The notes under the pieces are model-generated. The model did not search any database. It was not told the DNA's origin and saw only the letters and a program-made list of their open reading frames with translations. Below, piece after piece: positions 1-13,460 of a stretch of DNA of 64,000 nt. This DNA is from Laetmonice hystrix (lineage: Eukaryota), in the NCBI GenBank assembly GCA_965235115.1, contig OZ249436.1:27654001-27718000 (forward strand), given 5' to 3'. A program made the translations under genes and the position numbers. Numbering within the stretch: the stretch's first letter is position 1; the number at the start of each line of letters is the position of its first letter.

Positions 1-236
1 CGAGGCCGAGCCGAGGGATTTTAATAGTTCAGACACAACGTTGAATTGGCGTCAACGTGCTTCAGTAATTACATATCGTTGCGGGGGGTCTTTGACTTGC
101 GCTAAAGGTTTAATGTCCCATTTAAGCACGTTTATAGGGCAGTTTAACTTATGCGATATACACCTCATACAATAATGGGAGATATGCCTTCATTATTATT
201 TAATTATGGCTTGTGTCGGAACAAACTTAACGACTA

Positions 237-269
237 CAAGAAGAAGAAGAAGAAGAAGAAGAAGAAGAA
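237..269. repeat. (AAG)n microsatellite
   Basis: About 10 direct AAG units read from the sequence. Confidence 0.95.
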
Positions 270-2357
270 AATGATGATGATCAATGGTTGGGGCATAAAA
301 AACTAGGCAGTCATGCATGCAGAACTTCATTATCATCGTTTCCTGCAATCACAGGCTATACTGCAATATTATAACATATAGACCCAGACCTACTTTAATT
401 GTGGCTATACAAATAACACCATGGCAGCAGGTGGCACGGGTCAGTTCGAGCACTCTCCCACCCATCATCAGTATGGATGGAACGATTTGCAGACAGGGAC
501 CAATAAGTTAATTATTGTGTCGCCTACTGCCGCCATCACGCCTGTGTTTTGGTCACATTAATTTGGAGCGAGGTTGGATGGGGGTCTGGGAAACCAATCA
601 GCATTATTCAGGTACATAACTGAATAATGACCCTGCCGCACGGCATGCATGCCCGGACTGAATGGGGCTTCTTGTCCCTGGGGACGGCAGTGGTGACCTG
701 CCCTCCCCTCGCTCTTGGTGGACTGGTTGTTGAGCTGTCGGGTCTTCTATTTTTTTAAAATATATTTTTATCTTTTATCGCTTTGACTCGTATCTTTCAC
801 GAAACGCAATACACCACCCAGGTAACGGACAACACCAATATTAAGGTAGCGCGCTGTTAACTTTTGATGATGCCTTAATTCCTGAAATCTTATAGGCTTC
901 GCGTATGAACCCATGTCACCGGGAAAGGTGTCAACGGTTGGCCTAATTTAACATAATAAAGAGAACTTCACCAAAAGATTGGAGGCCATAAGAGTATCCT
1001 GTTCTCATGTATATTGGCTTTTATTCCGTGTGCATTGTGCATTGTATGTACAATTAGTAGCATAGACATAATCTATCGTGTTACATCAGCATATCGTGTT
1101 ACATCAACATTGTCGTTTCGTCGTCCTATACCTGTATGTAAGTCATAAAACCATGCGTGACGTTTTGTCATATATTTATAGAGATTTGTCGCATCCATTG
1201 CGTCCGCCTCGCCCCACGCGCCTCCCGTTATGAGAAAATGGACCCTGGCCGACGTGGGGGGTCGCTGCCAGGGACAACGTCGACTCGAGGGAGCTCGGCA
1301 CTCGGGAAATGAAGATCGATGTGACCAATACGAACACAAGATGTTCCTTAATCAGAGCCTGCTTCCACATTCAGCTCAAACTGAACATTTAATGTATAGC
1401 TGGCCACTTCACGGAGACTCCTGTGGTATTGCCATTAAGACACCTAGGATTACATGTAATACTGTTGTAAGACGCCCTCAAGCTTCAATTCTCGCAGCAA
1501 GAAGATGGACCACTTTAGCAATGAGAAGTAGTGAGATTTTCCTCTCGATCCTCAGGCCTAGTTCAATCTCCGAGCAGTGAATAGAAATTTCAGTACAGTC
1601 CGTCTTAAAGAAGGAATGGTGAGAGGCGGCGCAAGCATGAAGATGCTAAGCATACTAATTAGGGGCCTATAGTGATAATTGCTGTACGTATAATGGACCT
1701 ACCAGATAGGATGTCCTTTTTTGTATTTTTTTTTACCCTCAGCCACAGACCATTGACCACATTTATATCTATAGTCAAGCACACATCTGAAATATAGAAA
1801 TGAAAATAAGAAAATAAATAAAGTTATGCAGCAGTAGGATATAGGGATATTAACATTAGAACAAGTCCAGTGTAAGCTTTGTGAGAAAATACATGATTGG
1901 TTTGTTAACTATTTACTCCTCATGGCTTCCATTATAGTCAGCCCATTTCATGCACTCCTTATTGTTATTTGAGAAGAGCTGTCATGTCCCTATCATTATC
2001 AGCGGACAGTAATTGGTGGACATCATGCCCTGTCGGAGGTGTCAACTCGGCGGATATCCTTGCCAAGGTTAACACTCTCCCAGCACTAACTACCCATGAC
2101 ATGGTGAGTAATCACAATGGCAGACTGTGGGGGACATGACGGGGCTATACGGCCGTCGTCTATCTGATTTGTGTTAATAAAACCTTCGTAGGTTTTATAT
2201 ATCATTCGGGATATTTTATGGTAGAGATTGTCTGAAAGCATAAGCATAATATTGTAGGCCTACAGCGACTAAACCATAGACCCAGGCTTAACATGCCTAA
2301 CGAGGAGAGAAGAAGGAAGAAGCGACTAGCCATTGTTGTTACAATGTTTGGGTTTTT

Positions 2358-2451
2358 GAAGAAGAAGAAGAAGAAGAAGAAGAAGAAGAAGAAGAAGAAG
2401 AAGAAGAAGAAGAAGAAGAAGAAGAAGAAGAAGAAGAAAAAAAAGAAGAAG
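2358..2451. repeat. (GAA)n microsatellite
   Basis: About 27 uninterrupted GAA units, then an A-run and further GAA. Confidence 0.97.
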
Positions 2452-2700
2452 ACTTAGCTAACGATATATCGTTATTACGACTTAGTATGTCGTTATTACG
2501 ACATAGCTATCTCGTTATTACGACTTAGTATGTCGTTATTACGACATAACTATCTCGTTATTACGACTTAGTATGTCGTTATTACGACTTAGCTATATCG
2601 TTATTACGACTTAGTATGTCGTTATTACGACTTAGCTATATCGTTATTACGACTTAGTATGTCGTTATTACGACTTAGCTATATCGTTATTAGACTTAGT
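2452..2700. repeat. Minisatellite of alternating 21/22-bp units (43-bp dimer)
   Basis: GTTATTACGACTTAGTATGTC alternates with GTTATTACGAC(T/A)TAGCTAT(A/C)TC; about 11 monomers. Confidence 0.93.
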
Positions 2701-3386
2701 AGAAGAAGGAGAAGAAGGAGGGTGGGCAAAGAAAGCTACTAAAGATAAATTGATAAGAAGAAGTTAATGGACGTTCTCGAACAAGGATGACACTACAGAG
2801 TCGTCTTGACCTATGTCGTCAACTGCAGTAGGTACTGCCAGATGGCAGCACCTATCGGCACGCACGAGACTCTATGCACTATTCCCACCAACACGGAAAC
2901 AGCCGACCTGAATTAGTTTGACTAATTATAGACACGAAACAATATGTTTGGGTTAGGGTAAAGGTTAGGCCTAGGGTTAGTGTTAGTTTATAGTCCCAAA
3001 ATTGTTGTTAAATAGGCTAGACACTAATTGAGCAGTGGATCTTGATGTCGGTGTCAATCAGAAACATCTAGGCCCTATGTGTGCTATTGACACTGCTCGG
3101 TGTCAATTAAGAAACATTCTGTAAACTATTGACATTGGCGTCGGTGTCAATACCCTCGGCCATTCTGTTTTGCCCCATGGGTTCAATAATGCCCCACTTT
3201 ACCGGCCTAATGCATCATGCTGCCATTTATACGTTTGTTGTGAACTTATAACCTATAAATAGGCTGCTAGAGTTTCCTTAGACGGCTGTATAAATATGGC
3301 ACGGAGTTACTTAGGATGGTGGCGTATACTCTGACCAGGAGACATGGGTCATGGTGCTAGCAATGTTAATTAGAAGCTCAGACCAA

Positions 3387-3568
3387 GGGTGTAGCCAGGG
3401 GGGTTTCCGGGTTGCCTGGAACCCCCCCCCCCAAAAGGTAATTAATAACTAATTAAATAACTAAATAGATCTAAATGAATTACTAATATTACGGTTGTGA
3501 CCCCCCCCCCGCCCCACCCCGGCCATCTCAGTCGGAAACCCCCACTTATATCAGTTCTGCCTACACCC
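3387..3568. mobile_element. Small G/C-run MITE-like element
   Basis: Termini GGGTGTAGCCAG ... CTGCCTACACCC form imperfect inverted repeats around poly-C/G tracts. Similar elements occur near 16.5 kb, 17.1 kb, 44.4 kb, 55.3 kb and 61.7 kb. Confidence 0.5.
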
Positions 3569-5700
3569 CATGCAGACCATCCGGAGTTTCAATGACATGG
3601 TCTTTGTTAGGCCTAAGTTTAAGACTATTCCATCCGTTGTTTAAGCCTACGCCTGTCATGATGTGTAGCCTAGTTTCTCCATGTTTAGTATACAAATGTC
3701 TCACCGACGTCTGAATGAAGATGGAAAGCTCATTAACTAGTCCTGGCACCAGCAAAATAAGTATTACTTAAACCGCTGACGTCAGGCCATCATTTCACCA
3801 CTTTCATGGTCGCAAAGCGAAATGGTGCTGCCCTCTTGTGTTAGCTCGATACACTATAGCGCAATCATCACTTCGTCGACGAGAATTTCAGCAATTTTTG
3901 AACCTGTGCAAAACAGAGCGCGTCGGCAATCTCAACTGCCTGACCTACCCTGTAGGCCTAAATTAATGTGGAATATTGCAGTGGTCGGCATTGGCGACTC
4001 CAAGATTTAGGTCCATTGAAGTGGGCACTGAAAAGGGAGGGATTATCAGGCGGGGGGTGGGGGGTGGTAACTTATCCGGCCAGGGAATGATTTAAAACGC
4101 TAAATAGGCTACATCTGTTTTACATAATATTAGGTCACGTTTGCAATGTTTGTATTCATATCTGGTATTGTAGTTCGCTATATGCCCCTATAGGCCTACT
4201 GGAATTTTCGCCTCAGTAGCCTATTCGCCACGTAGGCCTACGTACGCTCACAGAAAAGAGAGCACTCAGTCTTCACTGTTTAAGGGGTATCAAAGTATTT
4301 CTCTATAAAAACCATGTATTATGACTACTTCCATCTGTTGGCATTGTATAAATATCGTGTGGTTCTTGAAAGTATTCAAAATCACTGTAAATATTATATT
4401 CCGTCACCTACATTCGCCACAGATAAATGGTTGTGAAATGTATACTTCCCATTTGAGTATCTTCTCCAAATTTTAACAGTAGATGCCCTCGGTTATAGGC
4501 TACCGTTCATTTCCACCACTTGCACCCCCCCCCCCCATCAAGATGTATTTTTATGGCTTAGAATTGCAGAATGCTATCTCTCCGTGAAGGGCCGCAGGTG
4601 CCCGGCGGCCCGGCCAGGGAAACGTGGTGATTCCATCGGAAGCCGGAAGGTGGCAGTGCAGTCGGAGGCGCCGCTTTAGGTTATGATCCACTATTTATTT
4701 TCTTCTATAATTTAATGTAATGTTTTGGCCATTTTCAATGTTTAAAATAATTTCTGCGAATGTCTGCTTGGCATGGCAGGTTAGATATGCATGTTTCCGA
4801 CAATAAAAACTCAATTTACGTATAGGTTGAATGATTAGATTTTATTTTATCGGAGCTTCTGTTACATGACCCCAGGTGGCACCACCAAATCGACCAGAAT
4901 ACAGGCCTGTGATACATAACATATTGGCTAAGATTTTCCAAGGAAAGTTAAGCAGATATTCTCTAATAATACACTGATATTATTGATCATATAGTGAACT
5001 TTTTCTCTGTGGTATTTGATGAGCACATTCAGGGGGGTTATATCCATTCTTGGCCCTAGATACATTCACTCCATACCATTTTGAGGGACAACCAGCAGCC
5101 CATTGGCTAAATAGGGGGTCATGACCTTTAGTACAGCACGGCGGCGTTTGCCTGCAACATCTCTGTAACCTTTATACTTGGGGATGGGATATCTGATGTA
5201 GAAAAGGCGTACGACCACTTCATTTGCCATTGCTAATTTAACCTTTACGGCAAACTGCCATTGGGACTAGCCTACTTGCCAACGTAGTGGGACGCTTAGT
5301 CTACAGACGGTCTGTCTGTAGGGGAAACAGATTAGGCTGGCCTAGGCCTACGTGACCTGTGATGTCATAACGACATAAGGATGGCATTCATCATATTTTC
5401 TTAGGGCGATAACTTGTAGGCCTAAATGGTTGAGGTTAGAACCAGAGTTACTATTAGATCTAAACACTAAAAGGATGGTCTTTCATTTGTCATATTGACA
5501 TAATTTGCATCTTCTAATGCGTATTAGTCGTTCGGGTGCATGATAGCACCATTGTTCTCATACATAACATGTCGGACGGGACAACCCTTCAAAGGCGGAT
5601 CCAGAGGGGGGGGGGGGGCACAGGGGGCACGTGCTGCCCCTTTAGCTTCACTAATTATAGGCCTAGGCCTACACGGCTATAGCCTACTCATTTTTAATTA

Positions 5701-6688
5701 GGGGAGAGTGGGGCAGGTTGAAACATTTTTCACAAAAAGTCATTTTTACAAAAATCTAAAAATACCTATTTATTATCTTCATGCTGTTTTAATACTTACA
5801 TTATGTGTGTTACAAATTTATCATAAAAGTTCAGTACACGAATTGCGCAATACCGAGAAAAAAATATATTTCTGACCCTGGTCAAAATGCGGGGCCATAG
5901 CGGGGCAGGTTGGAACACACAGGTAAAGCAGGGATAGAGTCTATTCAAGATTTATGACGGCTTTTCTCCTTTTACCAGTCGCTTCTTGGTTCTTTTAGTA
6001 TATTTGATGTGAAGGAATGAATGGTTGGGATCAATTTGATTCGGACATCACCCAGTCACACTGCATAATTCTTGAATAACCCATCATAACCCTCAGTGAG
6101 GTTGACAAAAAATAATGTCATTTAAATACAACAACACTTTATGACACAAATTTGGCCCTGTCTCTTTTGTTGAGATCTGCGCATTAAGACTAAAAAACCA
6201 ATAAGTGTAGCACCTACTTTTTTTTCTAAAAATAACAAATGCCTAAAAAAATGTATGTAGGGGCCTATATAAACACTGTTCCAACTTGCCCCATCAATCT
6301 TGTTTCAACCTGCCCGACACACATTTTTTACATATGCATGCAATGTACACAGCACACAGTGAGATTGACACAATCTTTTATATTGCATCCTAACTAGTTA
6401 TGGTCATGTAATCCACAGACTATATGGTTTATTTTTGGCTACTGCAGTTAGGCCTACTGAAAAAAATAAACATTCGTGACTTGAAAAAAGTTTACTCAAA
6501 CATGCAAAAATCAAACAAACCTTTCTCAAAATATCGTTGTTTCCTAAAGGGTTCTTTATTCAATATGGTGGATGGGTAATGTGAGAGGCTATCATAGGGT
6601 GGCAGCACCACCTCTAGCAGCTTCCTTGTTTTTGCAAAAAATCCAATGTTTCAACCTGCCCCACGTTCCAACCTGCCCCACTCTCCCC
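5701..6688. mobile_element. Non-autonomous Tc1/mariner-pogo-like DNA transposon (TA TSD)
   Basis: Perfect 20-bp TIRs GGGGAGAGTGGGGCAGGTTG / CAACCTGCCCCACTCTCCCC, TA on both flanks, internal reiterations of the GGGGCAGGTTG motif, no ORF. Confidence 0.85.
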
Positions 6689-7346
6689 TAATTTTAACAC
6701 TGACGGTGTGTCTCAGGGAAACCCCGAGCTATTATGTAGGCCTATAGGCCTAGGCCTACCTCTAAAACTCTCATTCAAGAGCATGAGCTTTAGATGCTCT
6801 CGGCTATAGATTCTAGGCCTACCTTTCTTTTCCACCACTTGCACCCCCCCCCCCCGATTCAGATGTAGGCTAGATCTAGGCTAATGTTTTGGCTTAGCAT
6901 TGCAGAATCCTATCACTCCGCGATATAGGCCTTTGTAATCTATCAGCAGAGTAAGTCAGATCTTTTATTGGAGAACTGTTGGCCGAGGCAGGACCGCCCA
7001 CCCGAAACAGTTGAAATGGTCGGTGGTTGGCATTGCTACCCCCTTTATAGGCTAGGCTAGTGGTGACATCTGGTGTAAAACAGATCCATTATAGTACCGC
7101 AGTTTTCGATTGTATTGCAAATCGATTTTATTATGTAGCGTTGCCTCCAAAGACATGCGGTCATGCTGCGTTCTCCGGAATGTTATCGGTAGTCAATAAA
7201 GTGGTACTGTTTTATTAGAGTCCTAATTTATCGTTGATATAGGGTGGTATATAAATAATCTATATATAATCCACTTAGTTTCAGCATAAGTATTTTTCAA
7301 ATATAGAACAACTGAGACCTGCACACATATGAACGCATTCATGAAA

Positions 7347-7370
7347 TCACATGCTGACAGCATCACATGA
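7347..7370 (+). promoter_or_regulatory. Tandem CACATG E-boxes (M-box/CLEAR-like) just upstream of the GLMP ATG
   Basis: TCACATG at 7347 and TCACATGA at 7363 (reverse complement TCATGTGA, the MiT/TFE M-box core), 10-30 nt before the ATG of a lysosomal gene. Function is inferred. Confidence 0.4.
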
Positions 7371-7379
7371 TCAGACAAA

Positions 7380-10300
7380 ATGGCGCTGTGTCGGTATGGT
7401 TTGGTGTTTGGCGTAACTCTTCTCGTCGTGCAGATCTGTTTATTTAGTTGTTTAACGGACTCGAAATTTACCAGAAAGGTTCGTAGTCTACATTCAGTTA
7501 TTTGAGTTCGATAAGATGGCTGACCTACAAATACTTTTTCAAATCAAGCTCAGAATCAGTCTCTACTCAGCTTGGGCCTTGGCCGCAGCGCAGGGCAGAC
7601 ATTCCTGGGCCCGGTTTTTTGGTTGAGCTTGAGTCAAGTTTGAGACGAAAACCTCGTCTCAAGCTCACGGCCCTATGAGTCGACTCCTATAGGGCCGTGA
7701 GCTTGAGACGAGGTTTTCGTCTCAAGCTCAACCAAAAAACCGGGCCCTGGCACTGCCCTGCTGCAGACTGCAGCAGTCGGAGACTCGTAACTCGCGCGTG
7801 ACTGCTACTAGTGCTAGGCCTAGGTCATGTGCTACAGTCAAAGCCACTACATATCATATCAATAGAAAGAACAAGTGTATTTGATTTTAAAAAGGTAAAA
7901 ATATCCATATTCAGGCCTGTAAAAATCGCATAAAAAAGTGGTTGTCCTGAGGACAACCACTTTTCAAAATATGGTTGTCCCCACATAATATTTGGTTGTC
8001 CTCACACAAAAAAGAATGTTGGCTTCCTAGGGATATTATTAAATGTTTACTACATTTTGTAGTGCCTATGACTGCACAATGTACGTCTGAAGCATTATGA
8101 CCATAATACAGATAGAGAAAACATGCAATATATATACAATAATCTCATTACATCAGCTGAATGAGGTAAATCTATACAAATGTAGATCTATGGGTCACCG
8201 GAACATAAAGTTTTATACATGTATAATACAAAACATGACTGGGTGCATTTTCACTAATTATATTTTTTTGAATGTCCTTTTATGTGTCTGGAACTTTTGC
8301 AGTTATCAAGCCAGGACAGAATGGCCTCATCTGAATTGAACTCTGCAAGGGAGGGTCCATTAATCTTAATCTGCATCAGCTAATTGAGACAGTCCTGCTC
8401 CAGTGTAGGCCTACTCATTGGTGTGGTTCATTGCCACGACTTCGCCAAATGAGCGATAATGAATTACCTATGATCGTCTGCTTTTTAACAAAATTGGAAA
8501 ATAGTAATTCACTGTCAACCTTTTGCTGGAATGGCGCCAATCCAATACGTATACAGAGTGCTGTTCCGTTTATAACGCACCGGTGCATATTTTGAGTTGA
8601 CTGGACGTGTCCCCTGCTTGTACCATGCTTCATTATAATATTCAATGGCTAGGGGACCCGTCGAAACAACATAACATGCCGACAAGATGGCGCCGACACA
8701 CGAGTACCTGACGATTTTTGATCGATTTGTCTTTATTTAACTGCCATTAAACGATAAAATAAGCGTCGTTTTCGGGATTTAAAAGGTGGTTGTCCGCGTG
8801 TACGCCCAGATATTTATTTTTGGTTGTCCGCACGGCTGACATAGGCGTCTGGGACACGCGGACACGCGATTTTTACAGGCCTGATATTACCATGCTGACT
8901 TTTGTGTTGGCTGAAAATGCACGTTACGGTAGGCCTACTGTTATTAGTGTTAATTTGAGTGGAATGCCAGTGAAAACGTCCCCATGCAAGGATGTCCCTA
9001 AGTGAAAACGTCCCCAACCGCCAGGTATATGTCTGCCCCTCCGCATGTACGCCGGCCTGCCGCCGTACATACGCCTGCCGCCCGTGCTCACCTTGCATGG
9101 GCCTTGGGCTGCCGCTGATCCACTGCTTGGAAATGTATTCCATGAAAAGAATGATGGTGCTGTGGGTCTGTGCCGTAAAGCAAATGATGTCTCCCTTTCT
9201 GAAATATAATGATAATCATGGAACACTCAATTGCAGGCCTTCCAGCAGTCCTACTTTTCCTACTTTTTCCTACTTTTTTGGCCTTGCTCCTACTTTTTTC
9301 TTGAAATTCCTTCTTTTTCCTACTTTTTCGTGATACATCTCAATTTTTAGCTCTGCTGACTATAGTATAGTCAGAGCTTAATGTAAATGCAAGGCTATAA
9401 TGTGCAGAAGTGGTGAGTAGTTACTGCAGGTCCAAAGCTGTAGACTGGCTGCACCACAACTTCACCTGGGCCCGGTTTTTAGTTCGTCACTTTACCAATC
9501 TTAAGACTGGAATTTTAAGACTGACTTGTGTTATGGGCTCTCATTGGCTGACTTCATTCGAAGGACCAATCAGAAGCTCTGAAACAAGAGTTCAGTCTTA
9601 AGATTTGAATCTTAAGACTGAGTTTGCAAACTAAAAACCGGGGCCAGGGCCGAAAACTAGGACTCTGCATCGTACAGCACCAAGCCTGAAGAGGTCTCTG
9701 TTTCCTGTGAAGCCATACTACTCCTGCAAGCCTGCAAAACTCCTACTTTTATCCTACTTTTTATCCCCAATTCCTACTTTTCTCCTGCTTTTTCCAAAAT
9801 TGTGGTCCTATTTTTCTCCTACTTTTTCATCAGGGTCTGCTGGAAGGCCTTTTAATGTAACAAAGTAACATTTTAGACAGGAGAGCAAATCACTCTCATG
9901 GGCATTTTTATGAGGAATGTTAATAGCTCTCCACCATTTTTCAAACTGCGAGGCCTGCCGAAATGCTAATTTTTAAATTTTTTGTTTGGGGGGGGGGGGG
10001 GGGGCAGGGGGGGCTTACTTTACATTTTATTACAACTGGTTGATCAGGGATAGGCCTACATAAAGTTAATGATGTCCCAGACGGGATTGTAGAGTCACAT
10101 ACCAGGGTATGCCTATATGCACTAACGAGTCCCATGAATGTGTGTGATACAGTGACGTCAATTAGTGAGGGTGGCAGAAGAAGTGCAGAAAAAGTGACAA
10201 ATACTACAACTTCTACTGTGCAGCAGGAGTCGAAATTCTTTGGTCAAGGGGCACAACAATTTTTGTCTTAATAGTTTTGATCTATGAGGCCACCACTGCA

Positions 10301-13220
10301 TTTCTGATTACTGCCTAGGGGCACCATGATAAATAAAAAAAATTAAAGCCTTGGCATCATGGCAAAGTATGCCTTCACCAACCATCACTTGACAAGTCAC
10401 AGTCTTGAATGAATTTAAGGACAGATGCACAGTTGAATGAAAAGGGATGGATCCATTGCATGTTTGGCTCCCTGACCAAGGGGTAGGTGTGTTCACCCAA
10501 AGGCACCCATTGTGGGGGGGGGGGGGGGGGATAGGGAACACAACGCCAGTGTATAGTGTATGTCACTCAGAATTCTTTAAACATTACTTCATTTCAGGGC
10601 AAGTTGCATCTGTAATGACTAAATGTTCTACATGGGATATTTCAGCTGTCCACTGAGGTGTTGTGTAAGAATGAGACGTCGAGTGAGGTTGGAGGTTTGG
10701 TCCACACCACAGCAGTGGGACAGAACGACACGTTACATTATACCTTCAGTACCCATGGAGTACCCTCAATACTTGTTACAAGAACAGACAACGAGGAAAC
10801 ACTCAGTGTAGATTGCGAGAAATTTTTCTCTCACAATGTCAACGATTCAAAACACAGCCTCGTCTTCAAAAAAGCTCACTACTCCTATGCCATTCTTTTC
10901 CAGCAGGTGAGTTGTATTTCAAGGCAAAGATTTATTGATGAGTAATAAAAGATAACAAGTGTCTCTGAATACCTTTTACATTTAATTCAAACTGGTCCAG
11001 TTTGAAATACAACACAAAATAAGCTTTGGTTTTATACTTTCAGTGTGCTTTAATTGTTTCAGCTGATAGAATATAATGACACCAATGATGTGGCCAATTT
11101 AGAAAAGGTCCCTCAAGACAACAGTACTGGATGGAATTTTTACGACCTGAGTAATGTGACCTGGATGGACATTGGAGAGGCAGGCGACCTTGACAACAAT
11201 GAGGTGGTGTTCAAAGTCAGTGATGAGTTTCAGGGTTTGTCCTTCAGGGACAATGGATCTCTGTCAATACAGGTAAGGAGAAAAATAAGTTGTATGCATC
11301 AGAATATATCATATATAACAATGTTAACTTACATTATTCTTGGACCTAAACTTGGTCCAGGCATAGTAAATCTTATATAATTTTTCTTAAATTCCTCCAT
11401 TTTTTTGATCCCAAACAATTTGATTGTAGGTAGTGATATTATTTTAATTACAATTTGAGGACTTGGTGTCAATCATATGACAACAATTTTATAGCAAATG
11501 CTAGATGCACAAATGGGTAAAGCCATCAGGCTTCCAATGAAACTGTTGCTGAGGACTTGTCACTCCTATAGCTGCAGGTGTTTGGTCACGAGGACCGGGC
11601 TACCAATCTACCACATCTAGAACACAATGCTAACATCACTCAGCTCAACCTCATCCTTGACAACATCAACACCAGCTTCAGCAACGCACGCTTTGCTGTC
11701 GAGATCGCCATGGTATCCACAGATCATGTTCCAGACAAGATGGCACTTAATGATGATGTTTACATTGACGATGAACACACCCCAGGAGTGTTTGAGGTGA
11801 GAGGGCTGGTGGGACACCACTCCATGTCATCAAGTTTATACCGGATTCATCACAGTGCTAGAACTGCCAAGGATGACCAATTCCTAGTGCCTGACACTGG
11901 AAAAGTTCCTCACACTCAGTAGCCCAGTAGCAAGTCCCCCGACTCTAACATAAGTTGAAACCTACCCACAATCCATGTTTAAGTACATGCATGTATATTA
12001 AAAATTCACATTAATTTCAGCTGATTGCACAGAATTTATTATTGTGTTTCAGATGATAGACTGGACTGCCAATGGACCAGCAAAGGAGAGATCTGGATAC
12101 TTCCAGTTCAAACCAGTTTGTTATACTGAACAGAAGAGGTACAGAATTATATTTCAAAATCTTCATTGCAGAAGTTGTATATCAGTCCTTAGATCGTCAG
12201 TACTCAGTTTACCCACGTCCGTTACCATGGGGACATTGCTGAGTCACATCAAAATCTATCAAGTATGCCTTGATGATACTTTGCGGCCAGTAATCAATGA
12301 CTTTACTATTATAAAGGAAATTTGAAGTATTTCTGTGTTTGATATAACATTAGTTTCTGCTATGGACAAATCTTGATAGGATACTAATGTTTTGTGTCTC
12401 CTTCAGGTCTCTAAATGTAGGGACTCGCGCCACTTACTATGCCCTTCAGCGTCCTAACCTGACTGAGGCAGCACAGACGACAAGTTTGGTTAATGCTTAT
12501 TTTGGTGACAAGTTGTACGAAGGCAAACTGTCCTTCACAATGACCAACATATCCTTTGGGCTCAGTCGGGACAAGTTCTATACAAACACATATTATACTG
12601 TTTGGTATGTATACATGTCTGAAGTCTCAATAATCTAATTTCTAATTTAAACATTGAGACATACATTGTACTATGTTTTTGTTTAAATTTTATATGAAGA
12701 GTAAAAGTTTGTGGAATTTGCAAATATGAAATATCTGCTTAATTTCTTCAGACGAACCTGCCACAGGCTAAAAGTAGGCCTAGTATAAATGTATACACAT
12801 TTTCGAGCTTACTCCCTATACTTGTAATTAGATTAATAAAAGTGTTTGTGTTTAACTTGTTTCTCAGATATTTCGTTCAACAACAAGAGTTGGTCTTACA
12901 GATAATAGTTCTTGAGATAGCACATCTTTAAAATTCCAAGTGTCACCGATGTCTTATCATATCTTGATGTTGAATGATCGTAATACCTAGTAACATAGGT
13001 CTGTGACAACATGAACTCTGCTTGTTCTAGGGTCGCGTCCATAGGATTTGGCATCCCGCCATCTGACAAGATCTCGACTATGATCATCATCATCCTGTCG
13101 GTGGGACTCGGTCTGCCCATCGTCCTTATTCTCTTCGGAGGTCTCGGGGTCTGTGTCAGGAGGAGGAAGAAAAAGTATGCTGCATATGAAGAAATCACTA
13201 GCGACCCTGTCATCAACTGA
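7380..13220 (+). CDS. GLMP: Glycosylated lysosomal membrane protein (NCU-G1/GLMP family), 7 coding exons, ~420 aa
   Basis: Exons 7380-7478, 10646-10906, 11063-11272, 11578-11796, 12053-12138, 12407-12604, 13031-13220; all GT-AG with matching phases (1263 nt). N-terminal signal peptide; AVGQNDTLHY, NGSLSIQV, IDDEHTPGVF and SGYFQFKPVCY match GLMP motifs; many N-glycosylation sequons; C-terminal TM helix, basic stop-transfer RRRKKK and YEEI (YxxPhi) lysosomal sorting motif. Confidence 0.93.
7608..7746. mobile_element. Foldback MITE, PIF/Harbinger-like (CTG TSD)
   Basis: TIR GGCCCGGTTTTTTGGTTGAGCTTGAG; almost the whole 139 bp is palindromic; CTG directly repeated on both flanks. Confidence 0.8.
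7912..8883. mobile_element. Non-autonomous DNA transposon with CAGG termini and 5-bp TSD (hAT5-like)
   Basis: Perfect 18-bp TIR CAGGCCTGTAAAAATCGC / GCGATTTTTACAGGCCTG; ATATT on both flanks; subterminal GGTTGTCC motifs at both ends. Confidence 0.8.
9234..9851. mobile_element. Non-autonomous DNA element with TCCTACTTTT subterminal repeats
   Basis: TIR AGGCCTTCCAGCAG / CTGCTGGAAGGCCT; many TCCTACTTTT copies near both ends; no clear TSD. Confidence 0.65.
9469..9644. mobile_element. Harbinger-like MITE nested in the 9234-9851 element
   Basis: TIR GGCCCGGTTTTTAGTT / AACTAAAAACCGGGGC, same terminal motif as the 7608 MITE; CWG flanks. Confidence 0.65.
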
Positions 13221-13386
13221 GGTTGACTTGAAATCACTTAGCGCGTGTTATAATACTGAACTTATAGTACACAAAGATATGGGCAGTCTTAACATTCCAA
13301 ACATGGCTTTGGATTGGCTGGATTTTACTTGACCAGAAAAATCCGAAGCCATATCAAAGATTGGGCATATTTTTGGCATCAGAGAC

Positions 13387-13460
13387 ATTCTTCCCTAGCG
13401 GAAAGCAGCACTAGGACCAATTTATTCTTCCCTAGCGGAAAGCAGCACTAGGACCAATTT
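13387..13460. repeat. Perfect 37-bp tandem duplication in the GLMP 3' region
   Basis: ATTCTTCCCTAGCGGAAAGCAGCACTAGGACCAATTT twice. Confidence 0.9.

Noticed and set aside
2945..2990. Telomeric TTAGGG array
   Set aside because: Only a few degenerate units; interstitial and repeat-associated.
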